Assembly: GCA_943788915.1 (NCBI GenBank)
Contig: CALSSD010000005.1
Location: 124,001 to 188,000 of the forward strand
DNA length: 64,000 nt
Reading direction: 5' to 3'
From: an uncultured Acidimicrobiales bacterium
GTDB lineage: Bacteria; Actinomycetota; Acidimicrobiia; Acidimicrobiales; UBA10347
Shown: positions 28,635-39,689 of the stretch, piece by piece
How the letters are laid out: each line of letters begins with the position of its first letter
Position numbering within the stretch: position 1 is the first letter of the stretch
Program-made: the position numbers and the translations under genes
Notes under the pieces: model-generated
Seen by the model: only the letters and a program-made list of their open reading frames with translations
Told to the model about the DNA's origin: nothing
Databases searched by the model: none

Positions 28635-30998
28635 CTACTCCATCGCTCCGGAGATCAACACGCTGATCATGCGATCTTCGTCGTAGCCGAGAATCTCGGT
28701 CAGTACCTCGGTGGTGTGTTGGCCGAGCGTCGGAGGCTGACCAACACGTGCTGGCGTTCGCGACAGCCGGTACTTTGGGCCCTCGACAACAACTTCACCT
28801 AGTGACGCATGGGGCACGGCCGTGAAATGGCCCCGTTCGATGAGTTGGGGATCTTCGACCATCGATGGGCTGTCAGCGACGCGATGAGCAGGCACCCCAC
28901 CGGCTAGCAGCTCTGATTCGGCATCGGCGTCGGTGCGACTCTGGGTCCATGCTGTGATCGCAGCCTCGTCGAGGCCACCGGTCAGAGCGCTCAATGCGGC
29001 CCGTTGTGCATCGGTCTCGCACGCGATTGCCACCCAACGATCCTCACCTTGGCTAGGGAACACGCCATGGGGGTCGCAATGCGCGTCGCTGTTACCGACG
29101 GTGGAGGCAACGTTGCCGTTGACCGTGTAATCGAGCAGCAGCGGCGCGATCACGTGCATCGATCCCTCGGCTTGCGCAAAGTCAAGATATTGGCCCTCGC
29201 CAGTGCGACGTCGGTGGTCGAGAGCGGCGAGAAGAGCGGCATTGGCGAATCGGGGTGAGATGTAGTCGGTATAGGCACCAAATGGCCCCGAGGGAGCCCG
29301 GTCGGGCCAGCCGGTGATACCGAAGAAACCGGTCATCGCTGCCGCCATCGTGCCGTACCCAGCAAACCTTGCGAGTGGCCCGGTCTGGCCGAACAGGCAG
29401 CTCGACAACATGATGACCGACGGGTTGATCTTGCGCACCGACTCGTAGTCGAGACCGAAGTTCGCCATCGCCTTGGGCGAGTAACTCTCGGTCACGACAT
29501 CGGCCCACCGGATCAGATCCTCGATGACCGCCATGCCCTCTGGTGTTGTTGGATTGATCGTGACGCCAAGCTTGCCGGCATTCATGTTCGAAAAGAGCGC
29601 CGATGATTCGAGCGAATTCGTATTGTCCTTGAACGGTTGCAGCGTGCGGGCCGTGTCGATCCGAGCGTTCGATTCGATGCGAACAACCGTGGCCCCCATG
29701 TCGGCCAGCACCCGAGTTCCAGCGGGTCCCGCCATCACCCACATGAAGTCCAGGATTTTCACACCCTCGAGCGGGCGATCTGTGGGGGCGGGAGTCACCG
29801 GGTCAGGAGCACTCGGCGTGCGGCACGGCTCGCTCAGTACCCGAAGCGTGTCCGCTCCAAGTGCTGGTGCCGCTGGCAGTCGGGGCAACGGCGTGGCTGA
29901 AGCCTTGATCATCGGTCCGGGGAATCTGTCACCCTCGACGTCGTCCCAAAAACCCCGCTCGACGAACTGATCAAGGCCAACAACGTCGTCAATCATGTTG
30001 ACAGGGGCGATCAGCAGGTTGTGAGTCGTTGCCAGCTCAAGCAGTTCGGCCTTGGTGTGGGCCATACAGAATGCGCCCACACACGCCTTGATGCGGTCGT
30101 ATTCTTCGACTGGTTCAACGCCGGTCAAGAGCTCCTCGCCATAGCTGATCCAGTTGCGATCTCGTGTTGCCTCATCGCAATACCCTTCCTCGCATACGAC
30201 TTCCATCAGCCGTCCGGTGGGGACACCGAGCGCGCTACCGAAGAGGAACGTGATCGAAACATGGCCATCTGCACATGGCCAAAGCAGTTGAATGAAGATG
30301 TCGCCGAATCTGATGCCCCCGGACTCGCGTTTGAGCATGGTGTCGCCGTTCGGGTGGGCGAGAATCATCGACTGGGTGGCTTGGGCCGACGCCTGCTGGG
30401 CCGAGATATCGACGTGTTGCCCATGCCCTGAACCGGCCCGTTCATAGAGAGCAGCGATGACACAACCGGCAGCCTCGGCCGCCGCGTGGGCGTAGGACTG
30501 ATCGCTCTGCATACGCAGCGGCGCACGGTCGCTGTCGCCAGTAATTCGAGACGGTCCGGCTGCGGCCCAGATCGTCAGATCGGTTGCAGGCCACGTGGCT
30601 TTGGGGCCAGTTTGACCGAATGGGCTTATCGACGCGTAGACCAGCGCAGGATTGACGGCCGCGAGGTCGTCGTAGCCCAGACCCATCGCTGCCATCTCGC
30701 CAACATCACTGGATTCGATAATGACATCCGCACCCTTGGCAAGTTCTTTCAGCTGGGCCCGGTCGTTCTCAGAACCGGCGAGATCGAGTTCGACAGATGC
30801 TTGACCTCGCCCGAATGCCGAGAAGTACAAGCTGTCTCCGCTGGATTCGCCGCCTCGAAACGGGGCAATCTTGCGGCTCGACGAGCCACCAACAGGCTCG
30901 ATCGATATCACCTCGGCCCCAAGCTGAGCCAACATGAAACCGGCGAGTTCACCTCTCCCGTTGGTGAGATCTAATACGCGATACGGCTTCAACATCAC
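28635..30998 (-). CDS. Double-domain family III CoA-transferase
   Basis: Two CaiB repeats: LKPYRVLDL... and PLEGVKILDF...NAGK...AYTDY. Confidence 0.92.
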   Translation of the reverse strand: MMLKPYRVLDLTNGRGELAGFMLAQLGAEVISIEPVGGSSSRKIAPFRGGESSGDSLYFSAFGRGQASVELDLAGSENDRAQLKELAKGADVIIESSDVGEMAAMGLGYDDLAAVNPALVYASISPFGQTGPKATWPATDLTIWAAAGPSRITGDSDRAPLRMQSDQSYAHAAAEAAGCVIAALYERAGSGHGQHVDISAQQASAQATQSMILAHPNGDTMLKRESGGIRFGDIFIQLLWPCADGHVSITFLFGSALGVPTGRLMEVVCEEGYCDEATRDRNWISYGEELLTGVEPVEEYDRIKACVGAFCMAHTKAELLELATTHNLLIAPVNMIDDVVGLDQFVERGFWDDVEGDRFPGPMIKASATPLPRLPAAPALGADTLRVLSEPCRTPSAPDPVTPAPTDRPLEGVKILDFMWVMAGPAGTRVLADMGATVVRIESNARIDTARTLQPFKDNTNSLESSALFSNMNAGKLGVTINPTTPEGMAVIEDLIRWADVVTESYSPKAMANFGLDYESVRKINPSVIMLSSCLFGQTGPLARFAGYGTMAAAMTGFFGITGWPDRAPSGPFGAYTDYISPRFANAALLAALDHRRRTGEGQYLDFAQAEGSMHVIAPLLLDYTVNGNVASTVGNSDAHCDPHGVFPSQGEDRWVAIACETDAQRAALSALTGGLDEAAITAWTQSRTDADAESELLAGGVPAHRVADSPSMVEDPQLIERGHFTAVPHASLGEVVVEGPKYRLSRTPARVGQPPTLGQHTTEVLTEILGYDEDRMISVLISGAME

Positions 30999-31021
30999 AA
31001 CATTCCCCCGAAGTGTGGTCA

Positions 31022-31073
31022 GTGATCTAGCACTGCACTCAACTTACTCGGGTCACCCCCTGTGATCTAGCAC
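31022..31073. repeat. Two exact GTGATCTAGCAC copies 40 bp apart
   Basis: 31022-31033 and 31062-31073, upstream of the CoA-transferase start at 30998. Confidence 0.7.
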
Positions 31074-31170
31074 GCGGTCGCTGCGGAGGCGGGCCCATCC
31101 GTGACCGATGTGCTCACTCGGCGCCATCCACGAACGAGGAATAACCGCAGCACATCGGCCGAGCGACCGA

Positions 31171-32784
31171 CTACTCGAAGGTGAAGCCGTGGTAGCCGTC
31201 GTCGGCGCAGTCGGCCAAGGCCCGGAGATACGCATCGCTGTTCGGCATATTGAGCAATTGCCGCCGTTTCCCGGGGATGTTCGCTCCCATGTACCAACTA
31301 TCGGCCTTGCCGAAGAGTGTCATCTCGGCCCAGTTGGCCAATACCTCTGACCACTGAGCAGCGTGCTCAGGGTCGGTGTCGAACCGGGTCAGGCCGTTGG
31401 TGCGCAGGTGTTCGAGCAGCTCGACGATCCACTCCCCTTGCAGCTCTGCACACACCGGTCCGTTGCAGAATGATGCTGCGCTTTGGGGACCATAGAGCAT
31501 CAACATGTTCGGGAACCCGGGAGAGGCAATGCCGATGTGAGTATCCACACCATCGGCCCATGCATCCGCGACTGACAAGCCACCAGCGCCACGGAAGTCA
31601 AGTCGGGTGAAGCCGCCAGTGTTGGCATCGAACCCGGTTGCTAACACCAAGATGTCGAGCTCAACATGGCCAGACTCCGTCATGACACCGGTCTCTGTTA
31701 TCTGTACGAGTGGATCCCGTTTGAGGTCAACGAGCGACACATCGCCGCGGTCAAAAATGTCGTAATAGTTCTGTTCCAACGACGGCCGTTTGGTTCCGAA
31801 GGGATACGGCGGATTCGTGGGAGCCAGGCTTTCGTGCAGCGATGCGTCCTTGATTCGTAATCGAGTCTTCTCTCGCCAGAACTCGTACGACAGGCGATTC
31901 GACTCGAGGTTCGACAGGGTGTCCTTGAACGATCCGACCCAGAAGTGGAACCCGCCTTTGGCCCACCGGTCCTCGAAGAGCTCACTACGTTCTTCTTCCG
32001 AGACGGCCAGGGCAGAGCGGTTGTCGCGTTTCAGGTCGTGGAAGCTGCCCGGAGGCGCGTTACGTACCCGGAACGCCTCGGGATAGTCGCGTTTCGCCAC
32101 TGCCTGGTCTTCGACAGTCAGGGCACGTTGTTCCATGGGCAACGCATACACCGGGTTGCGTTGGAAGAGGGTCAGATGCTCAGCGACGCCGGCGGCTTCT
32201 TGTGCAACCTGCACGCCGCTCGCGCCGGTGCCGATGATGCCGACCCGTTTGCCATCGAGTGAGAGACCGTCGAGCGGCCACTGTGCCGTGTGGTGACAGA
32301 TACCCGTGAAAGTGTCCAGGCCTGGCAGATCTGGCACATACGGCGCCGAGCCGAATCCGGTGCACATGATCAGCCATTGACAGTCGTAGGCGCGGCCGTC
32401 GTCTGTCCCCAGGTGCCAAACATGGGCGTCATCATCGAAGTGGGCTGAGTTGATTCGGGTGTTCAAATCGACGTCTTTGGAAAGGTCCCAGACCGAGTCG
32501 ACATGGTCGAAGTAGGCGACAAGTTCCTCACGACCAGGAAACCGCTCGGTCCAATTCCAGTCCTGCCAGATTTCGGGCATTGAGTACTCGTAGTTCGGCA
32601 CATGGCAGTCGACACGAGCGCCGGGATACCGATTGTGGTGCCAGACCCCGCCGAGACCGCTTCCTGCCTCGACAAGACGGACAGACCAACCAGCCTCGCG
32701 TAACCGCTTGAGCTGATAGAGGCCGTTGAAGCCAGCCCCTACGATTACGATTTCGAATGATTGGGCATCTGTCTCGACCACCAC
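31171..32784 (-). CDS. Baeyer-Villiger monooxygenase (type I)
   Basis: GAGFNG, GGVWHHNRYPG, fingerprint FTGICHHTAQWP, GTGASG, SWYMGANIPGK. Real start near 32784; the 5' extension in the ORF track looks non-coding. Confidence 0.92.
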   Translation of the reverse strand: MVVETDAQSFEIVIVGAGFNGLYQLKRLREAGWSVRLVEAGSGLGGVWHHNRYPGARVDCHVPNYEYSMPEIWQDWNWTERFPGREELVAYFDHVDSVWDLSKDVDLNTRINSAHFDDDAHVWHLGTDDGRAYDCQWLIMCTGFGSAPYVPDLPGLDTFTGICHHTAQWPLDGLSLDGKRVGIIGTGASGVQVAQEAAGVAEHLTLFQRNPVYALPMEQRALTVEDQAVAKRDYPEAFRVRNAPPGSFHDLKRDNRSALAVSEEERSELFEDRWAKGGFHFWVGSFKDTLSNLESNRLSYEFWREKTRLRIKDASLHESLAPTNPPYPFGTKRPSLEQNYYDIFDRGDVSLVDLKRDPLVQITETGVMTESGHVELDILVLATGFDANTGGFTRLDFRGAGGLSVADAWADGVDTHIGIASPGFPNMLMLYGPQSAASFCNGPVCAELQGEWIVELLEHLRTNGLTRFDTDPEHAAQWSEVLANWAEMTLFGKADSWYMGANIPGKRRQLLNMPNSDAYLRALADCADDGYHGFTFE

Positions 32785-33143
32785 GTCAGCCTGCCACCTG
32801 AGTGCAGCCTTGGCCAAGACACGAGAGCATCTGGGTTCGTACCACCGACGTGCCACCATGGGTTCTGCCGCCCGAGCAGCACTCATGACCAACTCGTACT
32901 CGGCCTTTCTGCGCTCCTGCGTGCCCTCTAACTGCTGCTGTGGCTCCCTGGCATCACCGGGCAATCCTACGGTCGACGGGTCAGGGGTTGTGAGATCGTG
33001 TCTAAGCGCGACGGCAGCTACATCGGCGGTGACGCTTTTAGGTTCAAGTGGAGCACTCTGCCCGTTCCGGGTCTGGAGTGAACCTACCTGTGCATGCGTC
33101 GTGAATGAACAGTCGTGAGTGAACCACAGCCACTCATCGTGGT

Positions 33144-33280
33144 TCAAGCGGACATACCGCCGTCGATGACGAACTCGCCCCCGGTGCACTAGGAGTTGGC
33201 ATCGGAGGCCAGCCAGGTCACAAGCTCGGCCAGTGCTTCGGGGCCGGTTTCGCTGCCCAGCGGGATCTGACGACACAGAG
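33144..33280 (-). pseudogene. C-terminal remnant of an SDR
   Basis: QIPLGSETGPEALAELVTWLASDANS*CTGGEFVIDGGMSA*. Confidence 0.65.
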
Positions 33281-33373
33281 TGCTGTGCCTTTGGGCTGTG
33301 GGGGAAAGTCCGCGGGCTCAATCGCTCCGGTGATCGACAGCCCTAGGTCGTAGCCCTAGTTCGTAGCGATTTG

Positions 33374-34552
33374 TTAAGCAGTTCGACTCGCTGCTGCCGG
33401 ACTGGGCCCCTCGACAGCCTTGTTGACTTCGTTGTGGAAGTGAGCAAGCGCTGGTTCGATCTTGCCGTACACCAGGTGCTCCAGCGCCCCCGACGCCAGG
33501 TTGCGTTGGACCTGTTCCATTAGCGGGAAGTCCTCGGTGCCGGTGACGTGGAGCAAGAGATCAAGATTCTTGACGAAGTACTCCCGTGATCCCTCGCTGT
33601 GAGGTTCCGCAGGAGCGTAGACCGACGTGGTGAATCGAGAGCGGCCAACGTCGAGTGGTTCGATGTTCCACACCTCGACATGGTCGACCTGATGTACCAC
33701 CATGCCGGTCGGCACCAAGAAGTACTGAATCGTGCCGTAGGGCAGCAGGCTTCGTTCATCCTCGGGCTTGTTGAACTCGGTGGAGACATCGGACCGCAAA
33801 CCGGTCAGCATCAGGTTTCGGCCGAACGGTTCGAAGACCGACTCGGAGTGGAACATGCCGCCCAACGTGGCTCGGTGCAACGTACGGATGTGATAGGTCT
33901 CGCTGAAGGTGTCGAACAACAGCTTCCAGTTGAAGTCCCAGTCGTGCTGGCGCGAGTCGATGAGCACATAGTCATCTAGGCCGAACGCTCCGAGGTCGTC
34001 CTGAGCACCACCGAGGGCAGCGTCGATATCGATGGGTTCGTCGCCCCCTGGCCGCACGAAAATCAACCCATACTTTTCGACGATGGGCCTGCTCACGAGA
34101 TCGCAGTTCATCGATACGTCGTCGAAGGCATGCTGAGCAGCAGGCCGAGTGCGGAGCGCCCCATCGAGCTCATAGTTCCAGGCGTGATAAGGACAGCTGA
34201 ATGAGCGCAGGCCGGTGCCGTGGCCGACCGGATCAACCAATGGCGCACCCCGATGGCGACACATGTTCACCAGAGCCCGCAACGATCCATCGGCCTGTCG
34301 AACCACAACGATAGGGACACCATCGAATCGCATGGCCCGCCACGAACCTGGCTCACGGACGTCGGCGCTCATGCCAAAAAATACCGGACCTTCGCGAAAC
34401 AACACCCGCTGCTCTGCGGCGAAACGTTCAGGATCGACATACATCGCAGCGTCGCTAACCATGGACGATGATCCATACAGCCCGTGTAGCCCTTCGCCGG
34501 CGTTGGCGATCCTGGCGAGTAACTCGATTTGACGTTCCTGGCGCATTGCCAC
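33374..34552 (-). CDS. Rieske non-heme iron oxygenase, alpha subunit
   Basis: CRHRG...CPYHAW Rieske motif; ETYHIRTLH and TED iron ligands. Confidence 0.92.
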   Translation of the reverse strand: MAMRQERQIELLARIANAGEGLHGLYGSSSMVSDAAMYVDPERFAAEQRVLFREGPVFFGMSADVREPGSWRAMRFDGVPIVVVRQADGSLRALVNMCRHRGAPLVDPVGHGTGLRSFSCPYHAWNYELDGALRTRPAAQHAFDDVSMNCDLVSRPIVEKYGLIFVRPGGDEPIDIDAALGGAQDDLGAFGLDDYVLIDSRQHDWDFNWKLLFDTFSETYHIRTLHRATLGGMFHSESVFEPFGRNLMLTGLRSDVSTEFNKPEDERSLLPYGTIQYFLVPTGMVVHQVDHVEVWNIEPLDVGRSRFTTSVYAPAEPHSEGSREYFVKNLDLLLHVTGTEDFPLMEQVQRNLASGALEHLVYGKIEPALAHFHNEVNKAVEGPSPAAASRTA

Positions 34553-34685
34553 CCCTTCGCAGACCGATACCGGTGGTCAACAAGTCACCCTAGATCGCGC
34601 CGGTCTGCGAAACCCTTATCGGTCTCGGCGCCGTTGCGAGGGGCAGCTTCTGTATCGGCAGGGCTGTCGTCACTACGCTCTGAGC

Positions 34686-37016
34686 ATGACCAAAACGCCT
34701 TCGACCGGTCCTTCGCTCCCCTTCCCCGCAATTGCATCGGCAAGCACGGCCGGCCGCGGTCTCAATGATTCGGAGCATGTGTGGCGTGACACCGCTTCAC
34801 CATTGGGCGACGACGCTCCCAACATCGTGATCTTCATGACCGACGATGCCGGCTGCGCCAACGGCTCCCCGTTCGGTGGGCCGATTCAGTTGCCGACCAT
34901 GGAGCGGGTGTTGAACATGGGTGTTGGCTACAACCGGTTCCACACAACCGCTATGTGTTCGCCTACCCGAGCGTGTGTGTTGACCGGCCGCAACCATCAT
35001 GCGGTCGGATTCGGTCAGATCCCGGAGTACGCCACCGACTTCGACGGGTACGTCGGGGCTATCCCACGATCTGCGGCCACGATCGCCGAAGTCCTGAGCG
35101 GCTACGGCTATGGCACTGCCGCGTTCGGAAAATGGCACAACACACCGATCGATCATGTGAATCGGAACGGCCCATTCGATCGGTGGCCGACGGGTCATGG
35201 TTTCGACTACTTCTACGGTTTCGTGGCCGCGGAGACGTCACAGTACGAACCTCGGTTGTTCGAAAACACCACACCCATCGAGCCACCCGACGGGCCTGGC
35301 TACCACCTGACCGAAGATCTCGCCGATAAGGCGATCTCGTACCTGCGTCGACGGCGCAACACTGCGCCGGACCAGCCGGTGCTGATCTACTTCACTCCTG
35401 GCGCGGTGCACGGACCGCATCACATCCCCAAAGAGTGGGCCGACAAATATGCCGGGGCGTTCGACGACGGTTGGGAAGTGTTGCGAGATCGCATCTACGC
35501 AGCGCAGCGTGCGTCGGGGTGGATCCCGGACCATGCGGAGCTGACTCCCATCGACGACACGATGCAGCGATGGGACGACGTACCCGAGGAGCACCGGCGG
35601 TTCCAATCCCGGTTGATGGAGGTCTACGCCGGTTTCGCCGAACACACCGACCATCAATACGGCAAGGTGCTCGACGAACTTGAACGACTCGGTCAACTCG
35701 ACAACACCCTGATCTTCTACGTCAATTCCGATAATGGGGCGTCGGCCGAAGGCCTGTTTGGCACGATCTCCGAGATTCTGTGCCACAACGGCCTCCAGAT
35801 ACCGGTGGACCAGCAGATCGAGGTGCTCGAACGTGACTATGGCGGTATCGACATGCTCGGCACCGAACTGGTCGACAACCACTACCACGCGGCCTGGGCG
35901 TGGGCGACCGACACGCCGTTTAAGTCGACCAAGTTGGTGGCGGCCCACTTCGGAGGCACTCGCACTCCCCTGGCAGTGGCCTGGCCAAAACGTTTCGGCC
36001 ACGATCCCACACCCCGAGATCAGTTCCACCATGTGATCGATCTGGCGGCAACGATCTACGACGTGCTCGGCATTGACCCCCCAGCCCAGTTCAACGGCGT
36101 TGACCAGAAGCCGATCGACGGCGTCTCTTTGGCCGCTTCGTTCACGGATTCGCAGGCTGGCTCAGGTCACATCACCCAGTACTTCGAAATCATGGGCAGC
36201 CGAGGCATCTATCACGACGGCTGGTTCGCCGCAGCCTTCGGGCCTCGTAATCCGTGGGATCCGAAATACAACCGATTCCGAGGCTGGGAACCTGAAGAAG
36301 ACCAGTGGGAGCTCTACGACCTGCGAGTCGATTACAGCCAGGCCAATGACCTTGCGAACGAACTCCCTGACAAGTTGGCCGAACTCCGCGAGCAGTTCGA
36401 CACGCACGCCGAGGCGAATCAAGTCTTCCCCGTCGGAGGCGGTCTGCTCACGTCGGTGTTTCGTCCCGATCTGATGAAGTCAACCACGCTCAGCGAGTGG
36501 GTGTTCGACGCCGACGACGACCGAATCGCGGAAGCGATGGCACCGAAGTTCCTCAGCGGCTACTCGAGTCGTTCGACAGTCCGGTTCTCCGCTGGCCCAG
36601 ACGACTCCGGTATCCTGTTCTGTGTTGGCGGGATCACAGGCGGGTTCACCGTGTACATGGACGATGGGTTACTCATGGCCGAGTACAACACCTCGGGCAT
36701 TGAACGGACTACCGCCATGTCCGAGGCCAAGATCACGCCCGGCGATCATGAAGCCGTCATCGAATTGGTGATGGACAGCGATCGTTACCGTTGCCCCGCT
36801 CGTCTGACCATCGAACTCGACGGTGTGCCGGTCGCATCGGCACGAATACCACGAACCGTGCCCGCCATGTTCAGCTTCTCGGAGACGTTCGATGTTGGCA
36901 AGGACCTGGGCTCGCCGGTGTCACTGGCGTATGCCCACCGTAAACCATTCGTGTTCACCGGCACCATCGATTCGGTGCGCTGCAGTTATCTCCCGGTCAA
37001 CGAAACCGCCCGGTAA
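34686..37016 (+). CDS. Arylsulfatase (Cys-type, long form)
   Basis: PNIVIFMTDD, CSPTRACVLTGRNHH, GKWH, SDNGASAEG. Confidence 0.93.
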   Translation: MTKTPSTGPSLPFPAIASASTAGRGLNDSEHVWRDTASPLGDDAPNIVIFMTDDAGCANGSPFGGPIQLPTMERVLNMGVGYNRFHTTAMCSPTRACVLTGRNHHAVGFGQIPEYATDFDGYVGAIPRSAATIAEVLSGYGYGTAAFGKWHNTPIDHVNRNGPFDRWPTGHGFDYFYGFVAAETSQYEPRLFENTTPIEPPDGPGYHLTEDLADKAISYLRRRRNTAPDQPVLIYFTPGAVHGPHHIPKEWADKYAGAFDDGWEVLRDRIYAAQRASGWIPDHAELTPIDDTMQRWDDVPEEHRRFQSRLMEVYAGFAEHTDHQYGKVLDELERLGQLDNTLIFYVNSDNGASAEGLFGTISEILCHNGLQIPVDQQIEVLERDYGGIDMLGTELVDNHYHAAWAWATDTPFKSTKLVAAHFGGTRTPLAVAWPKRFGHDPTPRDQFHHVIDLAATIYDVLGIDPPAQFNGVDQKPIDGVSLAASFTDSQAGSGHITQYFEIMGSRGIYHDGWFAAAFGPRNPWDPKYNRFRGWEPEEDQWELYDLRVDYSQANDLANELPDKLAELREQFDTHAEANQVFPVGGGLLTSVFRPDLMKSTTLSEWVFDADDDRIAEAMAPKFLSGYSSRSTVRFSAGPDDSGILFCVGGITGGFTVYMDDGLLMAEYNTSGIERTTAMSEAKITPGDHEAVIELVMDSDRYRCPARLTIELDGVPVASARIPRTVPAMFSFSETFDVGKDLGSPVSLAYAHRKPFVFTGTIDSVRCSYLPVNETAR

Positions 37017-37031
37017 CGGGCCCCGATCACC

Positions 37032-38547
37032 TCATTCAAAGACTAAACAGCCGTCGTCGAGGTCAGCCTCGGGCAGGACCTTTCGTTCCATCCAATAGTC
37101 CTGGCTGTGAATCCATGGTTGGCGATCGCCGGATTTCGGCATCAGGTGCAACGCTCGCTGGATATATCCCGGGTTGAAGTTCTCAGGATCGACCCAAGGG
37201 TTCAGTTCCATGTCCGCATCTTCTGGCCGCAGGCGCGGTGTCACCATGGTCGCGCCCCGTTCGTCCATGTGCTGCAGCAGGCGGCAAACAAAGTCACCGA
37301 TCAGGTCGGCCCGCAGGGTCCAGCTCGCCCGGAAATAACCGAACACCCAGGCCATGTTCGGAATGTCGGTGAACATAGCACCGCGGTACCCAACTCGATC
37401 GTGGAAGTTCAACGGTGCGCCATCGATCGTGAAGTTGATGTCACCCAGGACATTCATGTTGAACCCGGTCGCGGTCACGATGATGTCGGCCGCAAGAGTT
37501 TCACCTGACGTGAGCGTGATGCCGGTTTCGGTAAACGACTCGATTTCGTCGGTGACCACCGATGCCTTACCGCTGGCAAGACCATGAAAGAGGTCGCCGT
37601 CCGGCACGAACGCCAGTCGTTGTCGCCACGGGTCATAGTTGGGCGTGAAGTGCGGCGACATCTCGTAGTCCTCGCCCAAAATCTCCTTGATGCCTGCAAA
37701 CAGTTGTTCGCGAAGCGCGGCCGGGTCGTCGAAGGCCATGTTGGTGATGAGGTTCTGATCGTGCAGGATCTTGCGCCGAACAATTTCGTGAATCCACTCT
37801 TCGTCGATCTCCAGTTCACGGAGCATGTCGGCGAGTTCGTTGTGGTTGCGCCCGGTCGCAAAGTAAGTGGGCGAACGTTGCAGCATCGTTATGTGCGAGA
37901 CGTCGGGGGCCATCGCTGGGATGAGCGTGGCCGCCGTTGCGCCCGACCCGATGACCACAACTTCTTTATCGGTGTAGTCGAGGTCGTCAGGCCACCGCTG
38001 CGGGTGCACAATCTGACCTGCGAACTCTTCCATACCTGGCCATTCGGGCGTGTAGCCCTCTTCGTGGCGGTAGTAACCCTGACACATCCACAGGAAGTTG
38101 GCCGTGAAATATCACGGTTTCACTGGTTCCGGTATCAGCGTCGGTCCGGGCCACCTTCAACGTCCATTGGTGGTCTTCGGTCGACCATGTCGCAGACGCA
38201 ATCGCGTGGTTGTACCGGATGTGCCTGTCAAGGTCGTTGTCGTCGATCACCTCGCCCATGTAGTCGAGGATCTTGTCTGCCGAAGCGATCGGGGCTCCGG
38301 TCCACGGCTTGAACCGGTACCCAAACGTGTACAGGTCACTATCGGACCGAATGCCGGGGTAGGTGTGGGTTCGCCACGTTCCACCGAACCCGTCCTGGGT
38401 CTCGAGGATCACGAAACTCTTCTCGGGACACTGCTCGCTCAAGTGATACGCGCCCCCTATACCCGAGATGCCAGCGCCGACGATGAGCACATCGAAGTGC
38501 TCGCTCGCGGCTTTGGTTACCGGCTCTAACGTGGCCGTGTCGGTCAT
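37032..38547 (-). CDS. FAD-containing monooxygenase, EthA-like; frameshift at 38107-38109
   Basis: GAGISG, YPGIRSDSDLYTFGY, then FAGQIVHPQRWP, GSGATA, SWTLRADL; removing one base joins the two ORFs (IFTANFLWMCQGYY). Confidence 0.88.
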
Positions 38548-38825
38548 GACTCGGGTCCCTTCTCGATGTCGCGATCTCCGCCCACCTTAGATTGGCGCAC
38601 CAGAATCTCGATTGCCCACGCTCATTCGTTGATTGTGACAAGTGAGACAACCGGTTGAGCTCGCCGCTCGACAGCACGCCTCGACTGACCATTTCGAGCG
38701 GATGTGCAAAAGTGGAATTGCGGACGGCACCGGAGGTAACTAGTAAGGGAAGGTCCCGGGCCAACGACAGCGGAGACCAACGACGGTGACCACCAACCAA
38801 CCACGGTGCAAGCAAGGAAACGAAC

Positions 38826-39689
38826 ATGCAACCCTCATCCAAGCGCAGTGACCCTTCGGTGCCGGTGGGTCCCGGTGCCCGGACCCACGAGCAACGGTGG
38901 GACAGCGCAGCCGAGACCTTCCGACGGTTCGTCCCTACCGCTGAACCTGAACGCGTCGCCGCGTCGTTCAGCCGCCGACTGGGTCCGCTGGGAACCTTCG
39001 CCTTCGAAGTTGTCGGAGACATGTGGAATCGTCCTCAGCTGCAGCGTCGAGACCGTTCGTTACTCATCATTGCCACGCTGGCTGCCCAAGGCCGCGACGA
39101 GGAGCTGGTGCTGCATACCGAGATTGGTATCCGACATGGTCTGACCCGGGTAGAAATCGAGGAGATCCTGCCGCTCGTAGCGGCCTACGCCGGATTCCCG
39201 GCCGCTATGGCCGCTGCTCGTCGCGTCGACGAAGGCCTTCGCCAAGCCGAACAAGTCGAACGGTTGACGCAACGAGAGGGCGCTACCGCCAAATCAGATG
39301 AAGAACGTGATGTTGCCGCCGCCACCGTGCGAGCCTCGCTTGCCGGCCGCGCCCCCCAGGAGCCGGAACAGGACCTGGCAGAGATGACTGCTCAGCTTGG
39401 ATACCTCGGCGAGGTGACCTACCGATGGGTTATGGGCGAGATCTGGGCACGTAACCAACTGTCGCTTCGCGACCGCTCCATCGTTGCGATTTCGATCCTC
39501 ACCACACTTGGTGCCGAACGAAGCCTCGCTACCCATGTTCAGGGTGCCCTGCGCAACGGGCTCAGCGGCGCCGAGATCGAGGAGATCGTCTCCCACCTCG
39601 GCCTCTACGTCGGACTCCCACGGGCGACCGACGCAATGGTCGTCGTGCGCGAGATCCTCCCGCCCACGGTTGGAGCGCAGAACTCATGA
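38826..39689 (+). CDS. Carboxymuconolactone decarboxylase family protein, two domains
   Basis: Two repeats of G..W.R.QL..RDRS...H...G...GL...EIEEI...Y.G.P. Confidence 0.88.
   Translation: MQPSSKRSDPSVPVGPGARTHEQRWDSAAETFRRFVPTAEPERVAASFSRRLGPLGTFAFEVVGDMWNRPQLQRRDRSLLIIATLAAQGRDEELVLHTEIGIRHGLTRVEIEEILPLVAAYAGFPAAMAAARRVDEGLRQAEQVERLTQREGATAKSDEERDVAAATVRASLAGRAPQEPEQDLAEMTAQLGYLGEVTYRWVMGEIWARNQLSLRDRSIVAISILTTLGAERSLATHVQGALRNGLSGAEIEEIVSHLGLYVGLPRATDAMVVVREILPPTVGAQNS

Noticed and set aside
31061..31076. CRP/GlxR site
   Set aside because: TGTGA half-site present but the second half and spacing (GTG-N6-CAC) do not fit TGTGA-N6-TCACA.
32785..33321. 179-aa N-terminal extension of the BVMO in the ORF track
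   Set aside because: No recognisable domain, and it overlaps an SDR remnant in another frame. The BVMO motifs start near 32784.
38648..38657. CAACCGGTTG palindrome as a KstR operator
   Set aside because: Has the AACnnGTT core but lacks the flanking T and A of TnnAACnnGTTnnA; single occurrence.
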